IMG/VR virus record: IMGVR_UViG_3300014613_000064
Location: 1 to 33,041 of that record
From: a virus
Taxonomy: Duplodnaviria > Caudoviricetes
Direction: 5' to 3' (one strand)
Length of the DNA: 33,041 nucleotides
Below the pieces are notes generated by a model. It had not been told where the DNA came from. It worked only from the letters and a program-made list of their open reading frames with translations, and did not search any database. The position numbers were made by a program, and so were the translations under genes. Below, in pieces: positions 1 through 7,995 of this stretch (its first letter is position 1; every line of letters starts with the position of its first letter).

Positions 1-1377
1 GAAGCTGCCCCATTGGTTGTTGGAGGTGTCAGGATTAAGGGCAGAATGCAAAATAACTTGTGGATTTACTGAAATAGCATGATCGAAGTCTTGAGTAACG
101 AAATTCCCTCCTATAACAAAATTTCCAGAGGTATTCACGCCGTTAACCGCTAAAGCTAGTTTTAAGAAATCATTTGTACCGTTTGATTCCCAAAGAAAGG
201 ACGAAGGAGAATTAGTTCCGAAGACTAATGCTTTATTATCCAGCCACCTAAAACCATTGGTACTATTTACGCGTATCCAATTGTCACCTGAAATCTGTAT
301 GTATGAATCACTAGCTATTGACATAGCATATACACCATCTAGCCAAAGTTTGCCGTTAACCTCCAAGTTCCCACCCACCAGAACATCTTCTCCCCCTAAG
401 CTGTGCCCTGTAGCCGCTAGAATATCTCCACCAATCTGAAGGGGTTTGTCTTGATGAGAATAGCCGGTGATTCTTTGGCCATTGGTGCCGTCGGTAGCCC
501 CGATATAAATTACATCTTTATAAAATGTAACAGTTAAATCAGTATCGGTTGCAGCAAGAACTCTATCTAAAACCACGGTAGTTGCGCCAGCGGTTATTAT
601 TCGGTAATATCCTAAATGTGAAGCTGTAGTAGATGCGGAGATATGAACCAGGTCTCCAACTGCAAGACTTAAACCATGAGCAGCCCCACCGACATCAGTG
701 ATATTGGCTGTGCCTGCTGAAGAAACGCCGTCACCAGCCCAACTTCCAATAGGGGTTGTATTACCTATTAATGTATTAGGAATTGTGACCATTCTACTTG
801 TATTAGCAGTTGTAATTATAGAACCATTATCTGTCCATATTACAGCTGATTGTATTGGTATCCACGCGGTACCATTCCATGCAATTTCATCACCAGTTAG
901 GAATGAATCCCCTGTATTAGTTTTTCCCACCTGATTATCTGTTACATCAGCAGTTACAAAATAGACCCATCCTACTGTAACATCCGCTTCATTTGGAAAA
1001 TCTCCAGCTGCCGCAATACTTCCCTTAAATATTAATGGATTCGGCACACCTGTAGGTCTCCAAATTGCTGTATCCGCTGTATTATCTACGCATATATAAG
1101 CTACATCTCCAACTGTATCCACCCAATGGGATCCTACTTCATAACCAATCGATGAATCATCTGTAGCTGTAGGAGCCATAGTTGCTGTAAAGTTATTTTT
1201 GTAATCTGATTCCCATACAGTGGAATTAGTGGCTATAAGAGCCTCCATTGTTATGGTGTCCACTTTAAGATCATTATTACTGTCTACATAGACCAGATCT
1301 ATTTTTCCTGTAATATTATTAGGGCTTATGGCCACTACGTTTATCTGATTTCCGCCGTAAGTACATTCCACGTTCAT
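1..1377 (-). CDS. tail fibre / virion appendage-like protein, N-terminal part (runs off window)
   Basis: Not in the ORF track because it has no stop in the window. ATG at 1375-1377 with AAGGAG upstream; frame open to base 1 (459 codons). Begins MNVECTYGGNQINVVAISP, G/T/S/A-rich, with APTATDDSSIGYEVGSHW and GDEIAWNGTAW segments typical of phage fibre proteins. Confidence 0.7.
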   Translation of the reverse strand, partial: MNVECTYGGNQINVVAISPNNITGKIDLVYVDSNNDLKVDTITMEALIATNSTVWESDYKNNFTATMAPTATDDSSIGYEVGSHWVDTVGDVAYICVDNTADTAIWRPTGVPNPLIFKGSIAAAGDFPNEADVTVGWVYFVTADVTDNQVGKTNTGDSFLTGDEIAWNGTAWIPIQSAVIWTDNGSIITTANTSRMVTIPNTLIGNTTPIGSWAGDGVSSAGTANITDVGGAAHGLSLAVGDLVHISASTTASHLGYYRIITAGATTVVLDRVLAATDTDLTVTFYKDVIYIGATDGTNGQRITGYSHQDKPLQIGGDILAATGHSLGGEDVLVGGNLEVNGKLWLDGVYAMSIASDSYIQISGDNWIRVNSTNGFRWLDNKALVFGTNSPSSFLWESNGTNDFLKLALAVNGVNTSGNFVIGGNFVTQDFDHAISVNPQVILHSALNPDTSNNQWGSF

Positions 1378-1395
1378 TTTTATTGTTTCTCCTTA

Positions 1396-1581
1396 TTAAG
1401 ATAAAGGTCTATTATTTTTAATCCTGAAAGATGCTTTATAACAACTATAATTATTATCTCTACAAAACTTACTCAAATTTCTTATAGTTATTTCTTTACC
1501 TTCCCATATAAATGTCCATTCTTTGCTCATGTTATTTTTATGACTTTCAGAATGCTTTCGTCCTTTACCTATTTTACTCAA
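1396..1581 (-). pseudogene. C-terminal part of the HNH/NUMOD3 endonuclease at 1578-2168, separated by a frameshift in an A8 run
   Basis: KGRKHSESHK NUMOD3 repeat and WTFIWEGKEITIRNLSKFCRDNNY tail match the C-termini of paralogues 3184-3846 and 7996-8865. Confidence 0.8.
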
Positions 1582-2168
1582 TTTTTTTTATGTTCTTCTG
1601 TAAGGTGAGTACCTTTCTTTGCCTCACTCATTTTCCTTTTTGATTCTTCCGAATGTGTTTTACCATACATACCATTTTTCTCACCTATTAAACCTTTACC
1701 GTACATGTGATTCTTTTTACCGGTCATCGATTCACTTATCTTCTTTTTGGTTTCCTTTGAATGTTTCCTACCTTTATTAATTTCACTTATTTTTCTTTTT
1801 GCTTCTTTTGTATGTGTTTTACCATACATAGGATGATTTTTGCCACTCATCCTTATACTCATTGCTTTACTTTTTGCCTTCTTTACTTTTTCATATTGTG
1901 ATGGTGATAATTTTCGTTTTGATGGTCCTTGTGCCATGCCACCAAACGCATATAACATTTTATTCTTGACCACTTCATCCTTAAACATTTTATTAAGTAA
2001 CCAATGTGCAATAAAATGTTCCCTACCAGTGAAATGGACCAAATTGCCCTTATTACTGCCGCCTAAACATTTTGGAATAATATGGTGTTTCTCATAATAT
2101 TCTCCTTCCACCAACTCTTTGTTTTTCCTGGATGTAACCAGGTCCTTGTAAACCTTTTTATAATCCAT
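1578..2168 (-). CDS. HNH homing endonuclease with NUMOD3 repeats (frameshifted near the C-terminus)
   Basis: N-terminal YYEKHHIIPKCLGG...NLVHFTGREHFIAHWLL HNH domain; repeated HPMYGKTHT/KHSKETKKKIS NUMOD3 motifs. Confidence 0.88.
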   Translation of the reverse strand: MDYKKVYKDLVTSRKNKELVEGEYYEKHHIIPKCLGGSNKGNLVHFTGREHFIAHWLLNKMFKDEVVKNKMLYAFGGMAQGPSKRKLSPSQYEKVKKAKSKAMSIRMSGKNHPMYGKTHTKEAKRKISEINKGRKHSKETKKKISESMTGKKNHMYGKGLIGEKNGMYGKTHSEESKRKMSEAKKGTHLTEEHKKN

Positions 2169-2177
2169 AACTTTTCT

Positions 2178-2253
2178 CCTTAGAAGTTAATTATTAGGAG
2201 TTAGGTCGGAATATCTAAGGTATCCGACCAAGGTGATCAAGCCCTGTCCTCCC
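2178..2253 (-). ncRNA. HNH-leader structured RNA motif, copy 1
   Basis: P1 GGGAG/CUCCU; P2 loop contains UGAUCA; P3 GGUCGGA/UCCGACC; loop CCUUAGA complementary to UCUAAGG at the RBS. Confidence 0.8.
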
Positions 2254-2259
2254 TGGTTC

Positions 2260-2267
2260 TATTTATG
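2260..2267 (-). promoter_or_regulatory. T4-like late promoter variant CATAAATA
   Basis: One mismatch to TATAAATA; with T4 spacing, +1 falls on A2254, immediately before RNA copy 1. Confidence 0.45.
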
Positions 2268-2270
2268 TTG

Positions 2271-2471
2271 TTATTTACCCACTGGTGGTCCTTCCGTAAT
2301 TTTAGTCATTTCCCACGTTTGGGTATTTAACCTCCAATCACCTTCCAGTTCAAGAGCATCTTTATAACCTTCTATTAATGTGTTCATTTGTTTCTGAAGT
2401 TCATTAATCAACTGTATAGTATTTGATAATTTAATTGACATTGTTTTGTTTAATTTAACAGTTTTTTCCAT
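2271..2471 (-). CDS. hypothetical protein (short, coiled-coil-like)
   Basis: 66-aa ORF with AAGGAG RBS, co-directional with the module. Confidence 0.65.
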   Translation of the reverse strand: MEKTVKLNKTMSIKLSNTIQLINELQKQMNTLIEGYKDALELEGDWRLNTQTWEMTKITEGPPVGK

Positions 2472-2490
2472 TTCTTTACACTCCTTTTAT

Positions 2491-2685
2491 TTATGTTGTG
2501 AGGCGGCCATTTATTGATGTAACATTTGTGGCTATAGGATCTTGGTGTGGTATAGTTACTCGGACCAAATCTGAATTACTGTCCACATAAGCAATTTCAA
2601 TGTACCCTGTTAATTCACTTGGCCTTATTTCCACAATATTTACAATTCCGGCGTCCTCATATGTACATGCTATATTTATACTCAT
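2491..2685 (-). CDS. small protein paralogous to the N-terminal domain of the fibre-like gene 1-1377
   Basis: IACTY..IVNIVEIRPSELTGYIEIAYVDSNSDL..IATN aligns with VECTY..INVVAISPNNITGKIDLVYVDSNNDL..IATN; AAGGAG RBS. Confidence 0.75.
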   Translation of the reverse strand: MSINIACTYEDAGIVNIVEIRPSELTGYIEIAYVDSNSDLVRVTIPHQDPIATNVTSINGRLTT

Positions 2686-2696
2686 ATCATTCTCCT

Positions 2697-3113
2697 TTAT
2701 TTATAATAATCCATCATTAATGCTTCATCTGGATTACTTATAATTTTATTTCTAAAATTTAACCAATGTTGTAATTCGTGTCCTAAAGCATATTGGTTTA
2801 TAATAATTTTCCCACTTTTTGTTTTATGAACTACTAACCAAATTTGTGTTGGATTAGATAATCCAGCATATCCTATTTTTGTTAAATTTTCATTATTCCT
2901 TTCATTATATTTTTCTATTAATACCTCTTCACATCCACAAAGATGTATCTCAGGAATACCTTTGATAAAAGAATAGTAATCACTTGGTATCCAGAAATTT
3001 TGAAACCAACGATTTACTGCTGTAGTCATTTCTTTAGTAGGTATAAATGGTTTCGGTGAACAACCAACCATAAAAAAACAAAATATCATTATACAGGTTA
3101 TTATATTTTTCAT
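2697..3113 (-). CDS. putative lipoprotein with HExxH zincin-like motif
   Basis: Start moved to ATG 3111-3113 (GGGAG upstream): MKNIITCIMIFCFFMVG-C lipoprotein-type signal; ALGHELQH motif. Confidence 0.6.
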   Translation of the reverse strand: MKNIITCIMIFCFFMVGCSPKPFIPTKEMTTAVNRWFQNFWIPSDYYSFIKGIPEIHLCGCEEVLIEKYNERNNENLTKIGYAGLSNPTQIWLVVHKTKSGKIIINQYALGHELQHWLNFRNKIISNPDEALMMDYYK

Positions 3114-3183
3114 TTTATAAATTCTCCCATTCTTCTTCAATAACCATATGTATTTTTTCACATTTGTTTCTTTTAATATTTCT

Positions 3184-3846
3184 TTATAAAGGAATATTTC
3201 TATTTGCTCTGTATTTGGCTAATGAGTATTTATAATTATTTTCTTTACACCAATTTCTAAGTGATTTTATGGTTATTTCATTACCACTATAAATGAATGT
3301 CCAAATTCTAGCTTTTGGATTATTCGCTTTACATTTTTTACTTATTTTACTTCTAGTTTCCTCTGAATGTTTCCTACCATACATTGGGTTGTTTTTACCA
3401 ATATATTTATCCTTCTTTGCCGCACTCATTTTTCTTTTTGACTCTTTGGTATGGGTTTTATTTTTGAAACTACTTATTTTACCCTTACTAGATTTACTCA
3501 TTTTTCTTTTTGACTCTTTGGTATGGGTTTTTCCTTTCCTTGCTTTACTGAATGCTTTCCTTGCGCTTTCATATTGTAATGATGTTAAATTCCTTCGGCC
3601 TGATCCATTTGAAACCATATAACTAAAAGCATGTAACATCTTTCTATTGATAATTTTATCCTTAAACATTTTGGTAAGTAACCAGTGTGCGATAAAATGT
3701 TCTCTAAAAGTAAAATTTACTATTCCTTTATCTTTACCACCTAAACATTTTGGAGTAATATGATGTTTTTCATAATACTCACCTTTTATTAATATTCCAT
3801 TTTTTCTAGATATAACTAAATCCTTATAAATCTGTATGTAATTCAT
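3184..3846 (-). CDS. HNH homing endonuclease with NUMOD3 repeats
   Basis: YYEKHHITPKCLGG...FTFREHFIAHWLL; KTHTKESKRKMS and NPMYGRKHSEETR motifs. Confidence 0.88.
   Translation of the reverse strand: MNYIQIYKDLVISRKNGILIKGEYYEKHHITPKCLGGKDKGIVNFTFREHFIAHWLLTKMFKDKIINRKMLHAFSYMVSNGSGRRNLTSLQYESARKAFSKARKGKTHTKESKRKMSKSSKGKISSFKNKTHTKESKRKMSAAKKDKYIGKNNPMYGRKHSEETRSKISKKCKANNPKARIWTFIYSGNEITIKSLRNWCKENNYKYSLAKYRANRNIPL
3424..3531. repeat. 36-nt exact direct repeat (3424-3459, 3496-3531) encoding a duplicated NUMOD3 unit
   Basis: actcatttttctttttgactctttggtatgggtttt occurs twice, 72 nt apart; encodes KTHTKESKRKMS. Confidence 0.85.
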
Positions 3847-3854
3847 AACTTCCT

Positions 3855-3927
3855 CCTATTCAGTTTGTTATAGGAGTTAGGTGAAATAGAATAGGTATTT
3901 CACCAAGGTAGCTAACCCTGTCCTCCT
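3855..3927 (-). ncRNA. HNH-leader structured RNA motif, copy 2
   Basis: P1 AGGAG/CUCCU; P2 loop region UAGCUA; P3 GGUGAAAUA/UAUUUCACC; loop CCUAUUC complementary to GAAUAGG at the RBS. Confidence 0.82.
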
Positions 3928-3932
3928 TATAT

Positions 3933-3940
3933 TATTTATG
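3933..3940 (-). promoter_or_regulatory. T4-like late promoter variant CATAAATA overlapping the gp3 stop codon
   Basis: With T4 spacing, +1 falls on A3927, the first base of RNA copy 2. Confidence 0.45.
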
Positions 3941-4442
3941 TTGAACGCGACTCAAAATAATCATATGCAAAAGATGCCGAACACTCCAGTACTTGGTCTC
4001 CTTCCCTATAGGAAAGCGTGACTTCCCCTAAATTGGTAATCCAAACACCGACAAAGAATAATTTAAAAATCTCCGCTTGGAAGTTATCTGTGACCCTCAG
4101 TGTAGCGTCTACCGCATAATTACTATGTTCTTTTATATAATCATCTTTGGCATTATTTATGTAGGTAACCCAATTATATAAAAGTTGCCAGTTGGTAAAA
4201 TTTACATCAACTATGAAATTTATATTCCAGGGCTCGAAAACCACATTTCCGCTGGCCCTTTGGGTAGCTGATCCCATCCATCTATGTTCTATTAAGTCTA
4301 AATTCAATGATGGCACAATCGTGGAGAATATGCTCAATGTAAATTCATCTCCGGCATCCAGAGTTGTTTCGGATGGTAATTTAGGGAAACACAATTCAAA
4401 ATTACTCGGAGAACTGTGGTTTAATGTTGTTGTAATTGTCAT
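3936..4442 (-). CDS. gp3: tail completion / tube terminator protein, T4 gp3-like (tail-tube fold)
   Basis: LNHSSPSNFELCFPKLP...PWNINFIVDVNFTNWQLLYNW...DATLRV...CSASFAYDYF pattern; 168 aa; adjacent to gp15. Confidence 0.65.
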   Translation of the reverse strand: MTITTTLNHSSPSNFELCFPKLPSETTLDAGDEFTLSIFSTIVPSLNLDLIEHRWMGSATQRASGNVVFEPWNINFIVDVNFTNWQLLYNWVTYINNAKDDYIKEHSNYAVDATLRVTDNFQAEIFKLFFVGVWITNLGEVTLSYREGDQVLECSASFAYDYFESRST

Positions 4443-4457
4443 AATATTTTATTTCCT

Positions 4458-5258
4458 TTAATAATCTCCAAATGTTTCATAGGCGCTTACTATGGCTGCA
4501 TCCGCATCATACCATGGAGAATATGCTGTGTGGGTTGAGGCATAGGCTTCATTTCCGCTAGCACCACTGGTAAAGGTTGTTTCGGTTGATCCATCACTAT
4601 AAGTTTGCCTATTGGCCCATGAATCCTCGGTCATATAATATTTGAGGATTGTTTGTTGGATAAGTTTTTCATCAGTGGTAGGCTTAAATAGGTAACTTTG
4701 TACCATGAAATCCATTGTCCATCTAACAACTCTCCAATCTTCATCCGTTATTTCATGTGTTATATCAGGTGAACAACTTTGGAAAACAACCTTCACATCA
4801 AAATCTGAATCAAGTTCTGGTATATTTATTTTAGTCATAACATATGGTGCAAAATATGGTAAAATTTGTTCTATTATTTGGTCAGCATCTACCATATGTA
4901 AGGACCATATATTTAAAGTAAATCCAAGGTTATATGGCACAGGATTCGCAAATCTAGTAATTATTCCGGCACTTGGTGTTTTTGAATGTAGAACATTATG
5001 TATTTTATTTCCCATTCTATCCGGTGCAAATTCTATGGACGAAAGCATAACGGAAATCATTGGTAACATTTCATCGTCCTTCCTCTGTTCCACCCAGTGC
5101 CAAATTTTTTCCTTGGCCGAAAATTTGATTGGAACCGTCACATATTTACTAATTGTGGCACCATCCGACATATACCTGGCAATCTTTATTCCGTTGAATA
5201 GGTCCAAGAACATTATGATTGATTTTCTAAAACTTTTGTAATAAAAATATGTGTCCAT
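4458..5258 (-). CDS. gp15: tail sheath stabiliser / terminator, T4 gp15-like
   Basis: YFYYKSFRKSIIMFLDLFNGI, VPIKF, PVPYNLGFTLNIW, DADQIIEQILPYFAP motifs. Confidence 0.9.
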   Translation of the reverse strand: MDTYFYYKSFRKSIIMFLDLFNGIKIARYMSDGATISKYVTVPIKFSAKEKIWHWVEQRKDDEMLPMISVMLSSIEFAPDRMGNKIHNVLHSKTPSAGIITRFANPVPYNLGFTLNIWSLHMVDADQIIEQILPYFAPYVMTKINIPELDSDFDVKVVFQSCSPDITHEITDEDWRVVRWTMDFMVQSYLFKPTTDEKLIQQTILKYYMTEDSWANRQTYSDGSTETTFTSGASGNEAYASTHTAYSPWYDADAAIVSAYETFGDY

Positions 5259-5264
5259 TATTGA

Positions 5265-5348
5265 TTATCCGTTATATTGATTATGGCTATTTTTACACTG
5301 TAATTCATTATATTTACATCCATCCTTTTGGTGAATTTTTTTATGGCA
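5265..5348 (-). pseudogene. relic C-terminal tail of a Cys-rich HNH endonuclease
   Basis: Translates CHKKIHQKDGCKYNELQCKNSHNQYNG*, matching the CHKEIHQKDGCKYNDMKC ends of intact paralogues. Confidence 0.8.
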
Positions 5349-5975
5349 TTACCTTCTAATTCCTTGCCAATTCATATCTAATTCTTTATCTAATTCTCTT
5401 AAAAATAAGGTTGATATCATGTAAGCACTTTTAGTATTTATCATTATTTCATTGTCATGTGATACTGCTCTCCGTATATTTTTATTGGTATATTCGGCAT
5501 CATTTAATAATTTTTCAATTACAGGTAACAAAATATTTTTATTAATATCTTGGCCTCTAAAAAATTCTTTATCGGCATTCAAATATTCCGTTAAATCTTT
5601 TACTTCGGGGCTCCATACATATTTATATTTACCTACTGGAAATACTAAATAATAAGATGAAATATAAAAAGTTATATCTCCAAAAGGTCTACCCCAACAG
5701 AATATTACATTACTCCTTGCTCTCCATCCAAATTTTTTATTAAACCATTCATCGGCATAGGTATGAATTTCTTTTTGAGTATCTAATGGGTTTCTTTCTT
5801 TCCGTATATTTTTGAAAAGTATAGGTTTTCTTCTAGCATCTCCTTGCATTCTAACAAGTGTTCCAATGGAACCTCTCATATCCTTAAGGAAAGGTTTACA
5901 ATTCTTTTTAATACCTTCAATGGCCGAAGCAAGTGTTAAATTACTTTCCGTTATATATTCTTTTAATCTACTCAT
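5349..5975 (-). CDS. hypothetical phage protein (possible head-internal protein; weak ADP-ribosyltransferase-like pattern)
   Basis: 208-aa ORF starting MSRLKEYITE; LVRM / RSNVIFC / NEIMI spacing loosely recalls R-S-E ARTs. Confidence 0.6.
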   Translation of the reverse strand: MSRLKEYITESNLTLASAIEGIKKNCKPFLKDMRGSIGTLVRMQGDARRKPILFKNIRKERNPLDTQKEIHTYADEWFNKKFGWRARSNVIFCWGRPFGDITFYISSYYLVFPVGKYKYVWSPEVKDLTEYLNADKEFFRGQDINKNILLPVIEKLLNDAEYTNKNIRRAVSHDNEIMINTKSAYMISTLFLRELDKELDMNWQGIRR

Positions 5976-6262
5976 TTATATTTCCTTACATTTCATATCA
6001 TTATATCCACAACCTTCCTTTTGGTGGATTTCTTTATGATTGGGCAATTTTGTTTACATCCATCTGAATAATAAAAACGATTTTCACCAGGATAATTATT
6101 ATTACCAAGAAGTGATTGTATTCTATTCCTTACATTATATTGTTTCGGTACAAACCATTTACCACAATAAATACACTTGACTTTTAGGATGTTAGGGTCT
6201 TCTTTATTCCTTCTAACTTGCCCACACCGGCTTATTTGTGAGGTATATAAATCATAAGTTAA
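5976..6262 (-). pseudogene. 3' remnant of a Cys-rich HNH endonuclease with the catalytic core deleted
   Basis: Reads TYDLYTSQISRCGQVRRNKEDPNILKVKCIYCGKWF...SDGCKQNCPI, then jumps near 6038 (frame change) to HKEIHQKEGCGYNDMKCKEI*. Confidence 0.85.
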
Positions 6263-6432
6263 TCTTCCGGATCATTTATTTTTATGGTTTTTAGTTCCTT
6301 ATCTTTTTCGGTTAAATACCGCATGATTTCTTTCCTTTTTCAAACAATCAAGTTTTTCAAATAAAATATAACCACAAGGCATCCTACAATAAAACCGACC
6401 ACGAAAGATATTGCTATGATCCACTACATCAT
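6259..6432 (-). pseudogene. degenerate small membrane-protein gene
   Basis: GAGG RBS, then ATG ATG TAG followed by hydrophobic WIIAISFVVGFIVGCLVVIFY; a charged tail FEKLDCLKRKEIMRYLTEKDKELK continues in another frame. Confidence 0.5.
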
Positions 6433-6449
6433 AATTTATCCTCTAACTA

Positions 6450-6818
6450 TTAATATAGCCATATAACCTCTGAGTCTTTAGTGGCATCATTGTCTGCATG
6501 AATAAATCCTGTTCCAATTCCAATCCTTATAAACCCCGCTTGAATCAGTCCACGAATAACCTTGAATCTTACTCTTGATCCGATAGCGGAAATATCAACC
6601 GCTTTGCCATACAAATGCGCTGAACCCGGTTTGCCGTTAACGTTTTTGTTGTGAGTACGGCAGCGCCAGCCGGAAGTGATTGAAAACGGGATATCCGCAA
6701 TCTCCCGTGCGTGATCCAGCATTTCAAGAACTTTTTGCTGCATGTGCTGTTGTCCACAACAAGGGCAAATAAATTCGGAAAGTTGAAAATATTTTAAAGT
6801 GATTTTTTTGGGAGTCAT
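6450..6818 (-). CDS. peptidase M15A family Zn peptidase (endolysin-like)
   Basis: EFICPCCG, ITSGWRC..HN..V.G...SAHLYGKAVDI, RIGIGTGFIHAD motifs; visibly more GC-rich than flanks. Confidence 0.9.
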   Translation of the reverse strand: MTPKKITLKYFQLSEFICPCCGQQHMQQKVLEMLDHAREIADIPFSITSGWRCRTHNKNVNGKPGSAHLYGKAVDISAIGSRVRFKVIRGLIQAGFIRIGIGTGFIHADNDATKDSEVIWLY

Positions 6819-6840
6819 TTAACCGTCTTCCTTATCTTTT

Positions 6841-7173
6841 TCATATTTTTTTTCTTACATCTGATCTTTTTGCTGGATTAAGATCGCCCACTAATGTTCC
6901 TTTTTTTAGGATAGACATTTTCTTTTTTTGTTCATCAGACCATTTATTACCATAATTGGGGTTATTTTTACCTTTGTTATCAGGTGGCATCGCTCTGTTT
7001 TTACATTTCACGGTACAATAATGGCCATTAATACCTTTTCTTACTAAGTATAAAAATGGTTCATTACAATACAAACATTTATTTTTATACTTAAAGGTAT
7101 CTCCATTTCTATACCATTTTCTTGTTTTATTACTATATCTTAATCTTTCCAGATTGTCCCAACATATTTTCAT
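6841..7173 (-). pseudogene. 5' half of an MKICWDNLE-family HNH endonuclease, truncated by the M15 insertion
   Basis: MKICWDNLERLRY start, CxxC pairs and NUMOD3-like NNPNYG; no HNH domain; the remainder lies at 5976-6262. Confidence 0.8.
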
Positions 7174-7183
7174 AATATTACCT

Positions 7184-7259
7184 CCTCGTTAAGTTTTACT
7201 ATATGGGAGTAAGATGGATAAACGAGGTATCCATCAAGGTGGCCAAACCCTGTCCTCCC
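7184..7259 (-). ncRNA. HNH-leader structured RNA motif, copy 3
   Basis: P1 GGGAG/CUCCC; P2 loop region UGGCCA; P3 GAUGGAUA/UAUCCAUC; loop CCUCGUU complementary to AACGAGG at the RBS. Confidence 0.82.
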
Positions 7260-7266
7260 TTTTATA

Positions 7267-7902
7267 TTATATATTTATCCCATATATTGTTGTATCCACA
7301 TCTGATAAGGTATGGATTTCATCACTTTCGGTTTCTATCCAGGAATTATCTCCATAAGCCGTAATCGGTGATGTAAGGGTACTATCACTTGTTATAGATA
7401 ATGGTTTTTTAGCCGATTCACTTTGTTCACTAAATCTGAATGGTTTTAATATAAGTTCCCATATAAATTTACCTAATTGAAATATCCTTGCCTCTTCTCC
7501 TACATCCACCACTTCATATGCCCTACTATTCCAGGTGGTTCTTAAAACATCTCCTGGTTTCGGTTCTGTCGCTCCACTTACATCTCTGGTAAATGTGTAT
7601 TTTGGAACCATTGCAAATTGTATTATGTCTTCGGATACTATTCCAAAAGAATTTGTAATACCGGCCTCTTCTGTTGGTTCATATATTAATTTAGTTATAC
7701 TTTTCCATTTATATTCGGTATTACTTGATTCTCCGTAAAGTGTGTCCATGGTTATGGTATCCGTATCTCTAACATAATAATCACATTTTATACCACCAAT
7801 ATCGGTATATTCAACTATACCAGATATGAATAAGTCATGTTCCATTGAGGTACTGTTATCATATAATTCCCATTTTGGTTTGGCCAATTGACTCGCTCTC
7901 AT
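7267..7902 (-). CDS. gp14: neck / head completion protein, T4 gp14-like
   Basis: GGIKCDYYVR..DTLYGE, SFGIVSEDIIQF, PKPGDVL, YEVVDV..FQLGK motifs; lies between gp13 and gp15. Confidence 0.85.
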   Translation of the reverse strand: MRASQLAKPKWELYDNSTSMEHDLFISGIVEYTDIGGIKCDYYVRDTDTITMDTLYGESSNTEYKWKSITKLIYEPTEEAGITNSFGIVSEDIIQFAMVPKYTFTRDVSGATEPKPGDVLRTTWNSRAYEVVDVGEEARIFQLGKFIWELILKPFRFSEQSESAKKPLSITSDSTLTSPITAYGDNSWIETESDEIHTLSDVDTTIYGINI

Positions 7903-7976
7903 TTCAACCTTTTTATTAATTTTATATGGGTTTTCATAATTCTTCTTCCATATACTTCTCTTATTGTATCGTTCAT
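7899..7976 (-). CDS. 25-aa mini-ORF duplicating the C-terminus of gene 8956-9285, coupled to gp14 by an ATGA overlap
   Basis: GAGG RBS; MNDTIREVYGRRIMKTHIKLIKRLK*; its TGA overlaps the gp14 ATG. Confidence 0.5.
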   Translation of the reverse strand: MNDTIREVYGRRIMKTHIKLIKRLK

Positions 7977-7995
7977 TTTAACCTCTTTATCAATT

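Noticed and set aside
6259-6432. TAG reassignment (alternative genetic code) suggested by ATG ATG TAG
   Set aside because: All conserved genes read through under the standard code, and the same ORF also has a frameshift, so it is better seen as a pseudogene
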